The notes beneath the pieces are model-generated. The model was given only the letters and a program-made list of their open reading frames with translations. It was not told where the DNA came from and searched no databases. A stretch of DNA of 62,069 nucleotides, filler included. It is 5 parts of 5 records of this genome, joined end to end, with 100 filler letters (N's around TTAATTAATTAA, not from the genome) between each part and the next. Parts side by side here need not be neighbours in the genome. Positions count along the whole stretch, not along the records: positions 24,512 to 51,349 come from SRR2962707_2148; 4 more parts are not named here. One strand, 5' to 3'. Of this stretch, positions 37,337 to 45,827 are shown piece by piece. Made by a program: the position numbers and the translations under genes. Every line of letters begins with the position of its first letter. Position 1 is the stretch's first letter.

Positions 37337-38275
37337 ATGAAAGTAACAGTAGTAGGCGCTGGAGCAGTTGGTGCTAGTTGTGCCGAATATATTGCGATCA
37401 AAGACTTTGCATCTGAAGTAGTTCTTATTGACATCAAAGAAGGTTTTGCTGAAGGTAAAGCCATGGACTTGATGCAGACGGCTTCCCTAAACAGTTTTGA
37501 TACGAAGATCACCGGTACTACTAATGATTACTCCAAGACGGCAAATAGCCACATCGCTGTAATTACTTCCGGTATTCCTAGAAAGCCGGGAATGACACGT
37601 GAAGAGCTGATCTCTACCAATGCAGGTATTGTAAAGTCTGTGGCTGAGAACCTGATCAAACATTCTCCAAATGTGATCATCATCGTGGTTTCTAACCCGA
37701 TGGACACCATGACCTACCTGGCGCACAAAGCTTTAGGTCTTCCTAAGAACAGAATTATCGGAATGGGTGGTGCGCTTGATTCAGCACGATTCAAATACAG
37801 ATTGTCTGAAGCATTGGATTGCCCTGCGTCTGACGTAGACGGTATGGTGATCGGTGGGCATAGTGATACCGGTATGATTCCATTGACCAGATTGGCTACA
37901 AGAAACAGTGTGCCTGTTTCTCAATTCTTAAGCCAGGACAAACTGGATTACGTGATGCAGGAAACGAAAGTAGGAGGTGCTACCCTTACTAAGCTTTTGG
38001 GTACATCTGCATGGTATGCTCCTGGAGCTGCAGTTTCTGCAATGGTACAGGCGATTGCTTGTGACACCAAGAAGATGTTCCCATGCTCGTGTATGCTTGA
38101 AGGCGAATATGGATTGAACGACATTTCGATCGGTGTTCCTGCTATCATTGGAAAGAATGGTATCGAGCAAATCGTGGAAATCGAATTGAACGATGCAGAA
38201 AAAGCAAACCTTCAGGAAAGTGCAGACGCGGTAGCGAAAACCAATGGCGTCCTTTCCGAAATGAACATCATTTAA
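37337..38275 (+). CDS. mdh: malate dehydrogenase
   Basis: GAGAVG, ITSGIPRKPGMTREEL, VSNPMD, LDSARF, GGHSD; TACTTTTG promoter element at 37270. Confidence 0.96.
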   Translation: MKVTVVGAGAVGASCAEYIAIKDFASEVVLIDIKEGFAEGKAMDLMQTASLNSFDTKITGTTNDYSKTANSHIAVITSGIPRKPGMTREELISTNAGIVKSVAENLIKHSPNVIIIVVSNPMDTMTYLAHKALGLPKNRIIGMGGALDSARFKYRLSEALDCPASDVDGMVIGGHSDTGMIPLTRLATRNSVPVSQFLSQDKLDYVMQETKVGGATLTKLLGTSAWYAPGAAVSAMVQAIACDTKKMFPCSCMLEGEYGLNDISIGVPAIIGKNGIEQIVEIELNDAEKANLQESADAVAKTNGVLSEMNII

Positions 38276-38281
38276 GTTTAA

Positions 38282-40381
38282 ATGAAAGAAACGAATCTGG
38301 ATCTCATCAGTAAGAGTGACCTGATCAGTCGTGACCTGAGCTGGCTGCAGTTCAACCATCGTGTATTGGATCAGGCGAAGAAGGAAAAGCGGAACTTGTT
38401 TGAAAAACTCAAGTTCCTGGCCATTACTTCCTCAAATGCTGATGAGTTCTTCATGATTCGGGTAGGTAGTTTGTACAACTACCTCGACTATGGAAATGAT
38501 CGTACCGATTATTCCGGGTTGAAGGTCATTCCATTTAAGAACGAACTACTCACTTCAACCAAAGATTTTAGTAAGCAGCAGAGTGAGCTGTTTCTTTCTC
38601 TAAAGCCTTCTTTCAAACAGCATGAATTTGAAATCAAAGGCTACAAGGAACTAAGCGAAAAACAGCAGGCAAGTGCAAGCAGGTATTTCGAGAAGACGAT
38701 CTTTCCGATGCTTACGCCGATGGTATTCGATCCCTATCATTCGTTCCCGGTACTCATGAACAACATCCTGATTTTTGGGGTGGTCACCAAAGCACCGAAA
38801 TCAAGGGAGAAAAAGAAAATGTCCTTCATCCAGCTTCCACAGAACCTTCCACGGTTTTATGAGATCAAGGATAAGGAGAAAATGATCTTCGTTCCGATCG
38901 AGAAGATTGTAGCCGAACACTTCGATCGGATCTTTAAAAATGTGGACATCATCTCCGGATCGCTTTTCCGGGTAACCAGGAATGGGGATTTCACCCTGGA
39001 AGAGTCGGAAGACATTGAAGCGAACTTCCTTGAGGAGATGAAGAAGAAGTTGAAGACCCGTAAAACGGGTAGGGTGGTACGTATGGAAGTAGGGGACACG
39101 GCCGATCCGTGGCTGTTGAAGCAACTCAAGAAAAGATATGAAATCGGGACGGAGAATGTCAATGTGATTCCTGAAGGTGCACTGATCGACTACACCTGTC
39201 TGTGGCAAATAGTGAATCATGAGGAGTTTGATTCGTTCAAACCCGTTCGTCCTAAAGCAGTTGCCCCCATCAGTATGTCGGACGTGGAGCACCAGGACAT
39301 GTTCAAGATCCTGAAGGACCGGGATATTCTGCTTCACCATCCGTACAACACGATCGAGCCGTTGCTGGATCTGTTGGATCAGGCGGCAGATGATCCGAAC
39401 GTCCTTTCCATCAAACTTACTATCTATCGATTAGCGTCTGAGTCTAGGGTAGTGGAAGCCTTGCTGCGAGCGGCAGAAAATGGTAAACACGTATCGGTAT
39501 TGTTTGAGGTGAAGGCCCGATTTGATGAGGAGAACAACATGAAGCAGGCTCAGCGCCTACAGAAGGCCGGATGCTTTGTGATTTATGGAGTGGGTACTTT
39601 GAAGACACATACCAAGCTGCTTTTAATCGTGCGAAAAGAGAAAGAGAAAGTGACCCGGTTTGTGCACATGAGTAGTGGAAACTACAACGAAGCGACCGCC
39701 AAACTTTACACAGATATTGGTCTGCTTACCTCGGATGAATCGTATGCGAACGATGTGCAGGAGTTCTTCAATGTAATCACGGGACACTCCATGCCGGAAG
39801 AGTACGACAACCTGATCACTGCTCCGACTTACATGCGGAAAGAGTTGATCGGATTGATCAACAATGAAAAAGAAAACGCGCTTGCAGGAAAGCCAAGCGG
39901 TATTGTAGTAAAGATCAATTCGTTGCAGGATAAAGACACCATCATGGCGCTTTACGACGCTTCTCAGGCTGGTGTGTCCATCAAATTGATTGTTCGTGGC
40001 ATGTGTTGCTTAAGACCGGGAAGAGAAGGGTTGAGCGAAAATATTTCCGTACGATCCATTGTCGGAGAGTACCTGGAGCATTCACGAATTTTCTATTTCC
40101 ACAATGACGGGGATGCCAAGGTGTATTGCGGTAGTGCGGATGTAATGGTTCGATCTTTTGATCGAAGGCTGGAGTCATTATTCATCATCAAGGATCCATT
40201 GTTGAAGCAGCAGGCCATCAACATTCTGGCATTCAACCTGAAAGATAATGTCAATAGCTACGAGATGAAAGAGGATGGAACGTACGTTCATCTGGCTCCC
40301 AATGGCCATCCAACATTTGACATCCACCAGGAATTCTACAAGGTCAAGAAGGAGTCTGTGATGAAGGCGCGCTTATTCTGA
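38282..40381 (+). CDS. ppk1: polyphosphate kinase 1
   Basis: RDLSWLQFNHRVL, LHHPY, EVKARFDEENN, KTHTK, GNYN, YLEHSRIF. Confidence 0.96.
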   Translation: MKETNLDLISKSDLISRDLSWLQFNHRVLDQAKKEKRNLFEKLKFLAITSSNADEFFMIRVGSLYNYLDYGNDRTDYSGLKVIPFKNELLTSTKDFSKQQSELFLSLKPSFKQHEFEIKGYKELSEKQQASASRYFEKTIFPMLTPMVFDPYHSFPVLMNNILIFGVVTKAPKSREKKKMSFIQLPQNLPRFYEIKDKEKMIFVPIEKIVAEHFDRIFKNVDIISGSLFRVTRNGDFTLEESEDIEANFLEEMKKKLKTRKTGRVVRMEVGDTADPWLLKQLKKRYEIGTENVNVIPEGALIDYTCLWQIVNHEEFDSFKPVRPKAVAPISMSDVEHQDMFKILKDRDILLHHPYNTIEPLLDLLDQAADDPNVLSIKLTIYRLASESRVVEALLRAAENGKHVSVLFEVKARFDEENNMKQAQRLQKAGCFVIYGVGTLKTHTKLLLIVRKEKEKVTRFVHMSSGNYNEATAKLYTDIGLLTSDESYANDVQEFFNVITGHSMPEEYDNLITAPTYMRKELIGLINNEKENALAGKPSGIVVKINSLQDKDTIMALYDASQAGVSIKLIVRGMCCLRPGREGLSENISVRSIVGEYLEHSRIFYFHNDGDAKVYCGSADVMVRSFDRRLESLFIIKDPLLKQQAINILAFNLKDNVNSYEMKEDGTYVHLAPNGHPTFDIHQEFYKVKKESVMKARLF

Positions 40382-40765
40382 TTGGGCTTTTACCCTCATT
40401 AGTTTTTCCAGAAATCGAGGATCTAATCCGGTTTTAAATGTCACAAACTTCCCTTCTGATTTGAGCGTGAGTTGTGGTTCTGCTTCAATCACCAGGGAAG
40501 CATATGGCATCACCCAGGAATAGGCCTCCAGTTTGTGTTTGAAATGAAGTAGAATTCCACTTGGCCGTAATTCAATATTGGCATTTGATTCATAATGTGT
40601 AGCATTGAGATAGTGTCTGTATTCTTCGCTGATGTCTTTGATGGACATTCGTCCTGACCCGATTCCTCCCAGTTTCCATCGCTCTTTGAAGGAAAAGGAT
40701 TTCCCAACAGCAGCATTTATTTTCCTGGTTATTTCTTTATCGGAATAGGTCGTATCGTAAATCAT
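40373..40765 (-). CDS. conserved hypothetical protein
   Basis: 130 aa; overlaps padR by 4 nt (ATGA); VGKSFSFKERWKLGGIGS, NIELRPSGI. Confidence 0.75.
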   Translation of the reverse strand: MIYDTTYSDKEITRKINAAVGKSFSFKERWKLGGIGSGRMSIKDISEEYRHYLNATHYESNANIELRPSGILLHFKHKLEAYSWVMPYASLVIEAEPQLTLKSEGKFVTFKTGLDPRFLEKLMRVKAQSE

Positions 40766-41091
40766 GAATCAAAAGCCATCTTAGGAATAGCCTCCCAGAT
40801 GGAATCACGTTGTTCCTTCACCTGAATTAACACATTTTGTCCTGCTTGTGTTAGCCTGAAAAGGTGTTTTCTTCTCCCGCCCCTTTCGGGTGTAGCTCCA
40901 TCGTATCGGGAATTCACATAGCCTTTCTTTTGAAGACGCGCCAGTGCAGCATGTACGGTGCTAATGGTGATGGACCTGTTACACCGCTTTTTTATTTCTT
41001 TCTGAATGGCCACACCATAGGCATCATCGTACAACAACGCCACGGTGAGCATGATTAATTCTTCCAGTTCGCCTACGTTCGTCCCTTTCAT
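40762..41091 (-). CDS. PadR family transcriptional regulator
   Basis: VGELEELIML, AYGVAI, ERGGRRKHLF. Confidence 0.93.
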   Translation of the reverse strand: MKGTNVGELEELIMLTVALLYDDAYGVAIQKEIKKRCNRSITISTVHAALARLQKKGYVNSRYDGATPERGGRRKHLFRLTQAGQNVLIQVKEQRDSIWEAIPKMAFDS

Positions 41092-41118
41092 GTCCTTTGT
41101 TTTATGATTTTGCTATTA

Positions 41119-43731
41119 CTATTCATTGCTCAGGGTTTCTGATGGATTCAGATTGGCCGTCCGTGCAGAAAGCACACTGATAATGACTATGCTGATCAAT
41201 ATGGTTAGTCCGCATGCAATAATAAATGGAATCACTCCGATATCGATTTTGTATACAAAATCCTCAAGCCATCCGCTTACCAGATACCAGGAGAGTGGCG
41301 CTGCGATCGTAAAACTGATCAAAATAACGACCATGAACTGCTTGTTGATTAGTGAGATAATTGAACTCAAGGTTGCGCCGAGTACTTTTCGGATACTGAT
41401 TTCTTTTTTGCGCTGCTGGAGAATAAGCGCTGTGAGACCATACAAACCCAATGCACACAACAGAATGCTGATAAACGAATAGACAGAAGCCATATTCAGT
41501 AGCTGTGATTCTTTGTTGTACTGATCACTGTACCACTCGTCTACAAAGTAATAATTCAATGGGGTTCTTTCAGCCAGTTCATCGTACGTTTCAGCAATGA
41601 ACCCAATGGTTTCCTGCATATTTCCCGATCCAATTTTCACTGAAGCATAGTCCGGAGACAGATTGAGGAACATAATCATCGGCTCTATGGAGCTTGTAGC
41701 GAGTGAATTGATATGAAAATCATTGGTGACTCCAATAATTGGATATGAATTACCTGATGAGAAAGTGATCTGTTTACCAAGTGGATCATCCCATCCTAAG
41801 AAGTCAACAAATGCCCGGTTCACCATGAGCGAGTTAGTTGAGTCAGCTTGTGAACCTCTACGAAATGCTCTGCCGATTTGCGTCTCTATCCCGTAGGTCT
41901 CCAGAAAATCAAAGTCAATACCGAACATACGAGCACCCATTTCCCCCTGATAACCTTCTGGCTCAACTCGTGTAGTGTAGGATCCTCCTCCTATGGCTGA
42001 TCTGCCTGCAGATACAGATACGATATTGGGATGTGTCAATAAATTGGATCTGAAAACTTCCATTTTTTCACCAACCTCATTGTTTATATCTACTACCAAG
42101 ACCTTTTCCTTGTCAAAACCCAATGGACGATTAAGAAGAAAGCTGGTTTGCCTGATGACAGCAATGGTGCAAATGATTAAAAAGATGGATATCGCATACT
42201 GGAATGTTAGTAATACTTTTTTAAACCATCCGGTTCCACTTACAGTACCGGAAGAGGTTTTCAGAATGGTAGAAAGTGGCTGAGACGATAATACCAGAGC
42301 CGGATAGGCACCAACGATTACACTGATCCCAACAATGAATCCCAGCAAGCTCAGAATACCCACAGGCCCTAAAAGTATGCCCTGAGGTATATCCTTATCT
42401 AAAAGCATGTTGCCCTTCGGTATGATCAGGTAGACCAGAAGAAAACTGACAACTGATGCCACGAATGTACTTATGAAGGTTTCTGAGACAAACCTCCCCA
42501 TTAATTGATTTCGAGATGAACCCATGGCTTTTCTGATCCCCACTTCTGTATGTGTCTGACTTGACCGTGATAGAGAGATATTGATGTAATTAACACACGC
42601 AATCAGAAAGATGAGCATGGCTGAGAAGCCGAGTAACTTAATGAATTGGATGCTTCCGGTTTTCATACCTCGTCCATTCATGATGCCATCGCCATGGAGA
42701 TACATCTCATTTAGAGGTTGAAGTTTTAGGAAATAGTTTTCAGCTCGTTCTTCAAAATGCACTTTCATCATATCTGAAAACTTTTCTTCCACATTAGAAG
42801 GATTCGCACCTTCATCCAATTGAACAAAGGTGAAAATGCCTTGTGCCAACCAGTTGTTCATCCAATTTTGCGCCATTGGTCCAACACCTGGGACTGTGGT
42901 AGTCCATGAAATAAGTGCATCAAACTGCATGGAGGATTGTCTGGGAGGTGATTTAAAAATTCCCGTCACATTAAACTTCAGATTGCTGATTCCGATCACC
43001 GTTTTACCTATTGGATCTTCGTCACCAAACAATGATTTGGAAAGCGATTCACTCAAAACAATAGAGGAGGGGGCTGAAAGTGGTGAGGTAGTATTTTCTG
43101 CCACCATTTCTACTTCGAAAAGTTCCAGAAAGGATGAGTCAGCGAAGTAAACATGCTCATTTTCAATGTTAGTCCTATCAAAGCTGAATATCACCGGATC
43201 CCACCAGGGAAGGACTCTTGAAAAGGACAAAATTTCCGGATATTCTTCAGTCATGGTTGGTCCCATCATCCCTGAAGTCTCATAGGTCAGTAAATCGATT
43301 TTTTCAGGGACATTGATATGCCGTTTATAGACTCGATAGATATCCTTCCCTGCAAGATGTTTATCATATTGGAGTTCATCTTGAATGAAAACCAATGCAT
43401 ACAATGAACAGGTGATAGCCATGATCAACCCAATAAGATTGATCCCGAAGAAAACTTTATGGCGCTTCAATGAGCGGAAGGAGGTAAGGAGGTAATTGAT
43501 CCAGATTGCTTTCATGTTTGATACGTTCTTGTTCCTTTTTTTGAAAATGAATCGTATGAAGCCAAGTGCCTGGAAGAAATAGATCAGACGTGCCTTAAGG
43601 ACTCCTTTGCTTTCCAGATTTTCTTCAAATACTTCATCCAGATCACCTGCTATCCCTTCAATCAGGAGAGGATCACAAAAGCCTTCAAGCCATTTCAGAA
43701 TCCATTTTGGAGGTTGATTAGTCCTTTTCAT
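41119..43731 (-). CDS. duplicated MacB/FtsX ABC permease with permease-prefix domain
   Basis: QPPKWILKWL..C...IEGIAGDLDE prefix; EVGIRKAMGS, RKKEISIRKVLGA. Confidence 0.92.
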   Translation of the reverse strand: MKRTNQPPKWILKWLEGFCDPLLIEGIAGDLDEVFEENLESKGVLKARLIYFFQALGFIRFIFKKRNKNVSNMKAIWINYLLTSFRSLKRHKVFFGINLIGLIMAITCSLYALVFIQDELQYDKHLAGKDIYRVYKRHINVPEKIDLLTYETSGMMGPTMTEEYPEILSFSRVLPWWDPVIFSFDRTNIENEHVYFADSSFLELFEVEMVAENTTSPLSAPSSIVLSESLSKSLFGDEDPIGKTVIGISNLKFNVTGIFKSPPRQSSMQFDALISWTTTVPGVGPMAQNWMNNWLAQGIFTFVQLDEGANPSNVEEKFSDMMKVHFEERAENYFLKLQPLNEMYLHGDGIMNGRGMKTGSIQFIKLLGFSAMLIFLIACVNYINISLSRSSQTHTEVGIRKAMGSSRNQLMGRFVSETFISTFVASVVSFLLVYLIIPKGNMLLDKDIPQGILLGPVGILSLLGFIVGISVIVGAYPALVLSSQPLSTILKTSSGTVSGTGWFKKVLLTFQYAISIFLIICTIAVIRQTSFLLNRPLGFDKEKVLVVDINNEVGEKMEVFRSNLLTHPNIVSVSAGRSAIGGGSYTTRVEPEGYQGEMGARMFGIDFDFLETYGIETQIGRAFRRGSQADSTNSLMVNRAFVDFLGWDDPLGKQITFSSGNSYPIIGVTNDFHINSLATSSIEPMIMFLNLSPDYASVKIGSGNMQETIGFIAETYDELAERTPLNYYFVDEWYSDQYNKESQLLNMASVYSFISILLCALGLYGLTALILQQRKKEISIRKVLGATLSSIISLINKQFMVVILISFTIAAPLSWYLVSGWLEDFVYKIDIGVIPFIIACGLTILISIVIISVLSARTANLNPSETLSNE

Positions 43732-43773
43732 CTTCCAAATTAACTCCGCAACATACTTTTGGTTACATATTTC

Positions 43774-43835
43774 TTTCGTTTATGTAGAAAAAGCTTAACG
43801 GTTGCAAAATAAAATATGTTTCGTTTATGTCGAAA
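43774..43835. promoter_or_regulatory. putative PadR operators (two TTTCGTTTATGT(A/C)GAAA copies)
   Basis: 17-bp imperfect palindromes at 43774 and 43819, upstream of the permease-padR operon. Confidence 0.55.
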
Positions 43836-43880
43836 TTGATTGTAAAAAAAATTCCCCAGGATAGGGGAATTCGATATTTG

Positions 43881-44039
43881 TTAAGCGAAGAGATTTGAAA
43901 TCAACGAGACGACAAGGAGGATGACGAAGATGAAAAAGATAAACCTGGCAATTCCTGCAGCACCTCGTGAAATTCGCGTGAAGCCAAAAAGTCCGGCGAT
44001 GATGGCTACAATTAAAAATAGGAGTGTCCATGTTAGCAT
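43881..44039 (-). CDS. DUF1328 small membrane protein, 52 aa; not in the ORF track
   Basis: [52 protein letters not shown]. Confidence 0.9.
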   Translation of the reverse strand: MLTWTLLFLIVAIIAGLFGFTRISRGAAGIARFIFFIFVILLVVSLISNLFA

Positions 44040-44069
44040 AGTATTCAAAGTTTGATTCAGTCAATATGA

Positions 44070-44086
44070 TGAAAATTCAGTGCCAG
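44070..44086 (-). promoter_or_regulatory. sigma-54-like promoter for DUF1328
   Basis: CTGGCACTGAATTTTCA (GG-N10-TC; imperfect -12). Confidence 0.4.
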
Positions 44087-44215
44087 ACGCCTAAACAGTA
44101 AGCTGAGGGATAATTACCGGTTACATTTTTCCAAATATGAAAGTCATATTCTCAAAATGAGAAATAACCTAAGCTGTGAAGGTCATTTGAAGCAAGTAGA
44201 GGCCGATTCAAGGCA

Positions 44216-44232
44216 TTGGCATAGCATATGCA
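44216..44232 (+). promoter_or_regulatory. sigma-54-like promoter
   Basis: TTGGCATAGCATATGCA (GG-N10-GC). Confidence 0.5.
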
Positions 44233-44263
44233 ACCTATTTGGTGAACTAAAACCAAAATCAAC

Positions 44264-44674
44264 ATGACAAATACAATGAAGCATTTTATAGTTAAAAGCA
44301 TTTCACTTCTTTTCGTAATCACAATGGTAGCCTGTAGTGGAAATTCATCACAGGACTCACTTACTGATGACATTGAGCAAGAACGTCAGGAAATGGTTGC
44401 ATCTCTCAAGAAAATGGAAACAGACATTGATGAGGCAATCAACGACTTGGAAGGAAAAATGGATTTGGAAGGAGAAATCAAGAACAATGTGGATGCAATG
44501 AAAATTGATCTTGAATCAAAAAAGCAAGACATTAAAGCTTCCTTAAAGAAGCTAGAAGGTTCGACCAAAGACAACTGGAATGAAGTGAAATCAGATGTCA
44601 GTAAACAATTCGACACCCTCAAAAGCGAATTTGCTGACTTGAAAGAAAACATCAAAAATTCTATTAGCGGATAA
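44264..44674 (+). CDS. coiled-coil lipoprotein
   Basis: Lipobox MVAC; helical repeat ending STKDNWNEVKSDV; hairpin terminator at 44681-44710. Confidence 0.8.
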   Translation: MTNTMKHFIVKSISLLFVITMVACSGNSSQDSLTDDIEQERQEMVASLKKMETDIDEAINDLEGKMDLEGEIKNNVDAMKIDLESKKQDIKASLKKLEGSTKDNWNEVKSDVSKQFDTLKSEFADLKENIKNSISG

Positions 44675-44742
44675 TAAGATAGCCCCTTCATATCGAAGGG
44701 GCTTTTTTTTGAACTACCTATTCTAACCTAATATATTCTTTT

Positions 44743-45771
44743 TCAAGTTCCGCACCACCCGATCCATACCTCACCAAGGTCTATATCTTGAGATACGCCA
44801 TTTTCAGTAACTGTAATGATATTGTCACACGAGCCATCTCCATACTCCACAGAGTACGTCCCGCTTATATCACCATAGGTATAATCACCTAATTCATTCC
44901 CTCTCACGGCTATCCATGTGTCCTCACAGGTGTAGTCATAATACAAAGGTGTGTTCACCTGAGAGTGAAATGAATCGCCGGTATCCATCTCGATGCTGGT
45001 TGATCTAGACTTCACGGTATAGCTTTCATGATCAGATTCTTCCGACCCACTGGCTACATAATCCATGGTAATTATTTGTTCCCCGGTTGAAACGTTGGAT
45101 GAATCTTCAGGATAGCCGTACTCGACGTATCGCTGAGTCAGGTCTGTTGAGAAATCATAACTGGAGCGATATAGCCACACAGAATCTTCGACATTTTCAT
45201 TTTCAATTTCTTCCCACGTTCCGCTATACGATTGAGTTCCATCCATAGACCAGTCTTCACCTCCTTCATCAACTGACCCTCCAAAATGGGTGTACGTTGT
45301 GGTTGAGGAAAAGCTATGGTCAGTATATGATCCGGTTTCAACCATTTTTCCAAACATAAAGTAGCCATAGTAATAGCATCCATCTCCAAAATCCAGCGTC
45401 AAAGTGTAGTTGCCATTCCCGTCATCTTCCCAGGTTTCCACGAGGCAATCAGCAACAGCATCGGTCGGACCTCCGATAGAATTAGTGCTTTTCGCGGAAG
45501 TACTTGACAGTCTTTTGTTAGCATTCAATTGAAGGGGAGTGATCGAAGTTCTACCATGTGTGCTAGAGTAGCCTGCATACAATGCTCCAATGGGACCCCC
45601 AAATCCCTGACTTCTGGCATGGTTCAAAGCAGAGTTTGATCCAAGTAAGATATTGTTGATGTAGAAGCTTTGAGTTGGCAGCTCCGGGGTTTCGCCATCC
45701 TGCTCGCATGACCAGATCATGGAGATAATAGCCACCCAAACACCAACGATGATTAATTTACCTTTCTTCAT
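44743..45771 (-). CDS. acidic outer-membrane lipoprotein, hypothetical
   Basis: Lipobox IWSC; TLTLDFGDGC and YGDGSCDNIITV motifs. Confidence 0.8.
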   Translation of the reverse strand: MKKGKLIIVGVWVAIISMIWSCEQDGETPELPTQSFYINNILLGSNSALNHARSQGFGGPIGALYAGYSSTHGRTSITPLQLNANKRLSSTSAKSTNSIGGPTDAVADCLVETWEDDGNGNYTLTLDFGDGCYYYGYFMFGKMVETGSYTDHSFSSTTTYTHFGGSVDEGGEDWSMDGTQSYSGTWEEIENENVEDSVWLYRSSYDFSTDLTQRYVEYGYPEDSSNVSTGEQIITMDYVASGSEESDHESYTVKSRSTSIEMDTGDSFHSQVNTPLYYDYTCEDTWIAVRGNELGDYTYGDISGTYSVEYGDGSCDNIITVTENGVSQDIDLGEVWIGWCGT

Positions 45772-45800
45772 TTTAAAATAATTAAAGTGTTTGAAGATGG

Positions 45801-45826
45801 TACATGCAAATAGGGAATTACCCTAC
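45801..45826 (-). promoter_or_regulatory. putative ECF-sigma promoter GTAGGGTAA-N12-ATGTA
   Basis: Identical motif and spacing upstream of the sigma gene at 49956-49981. Confidence 0.65.
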
Positions 45827-45827
45827 A

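Noticed and set aside
37337-40381. mdh-ppk1 tight coupling (6-nt gap) as a new pathway
   Set aside because: Both are ordinary housekeeping genes; adjacency alone is not evidence of a functional link
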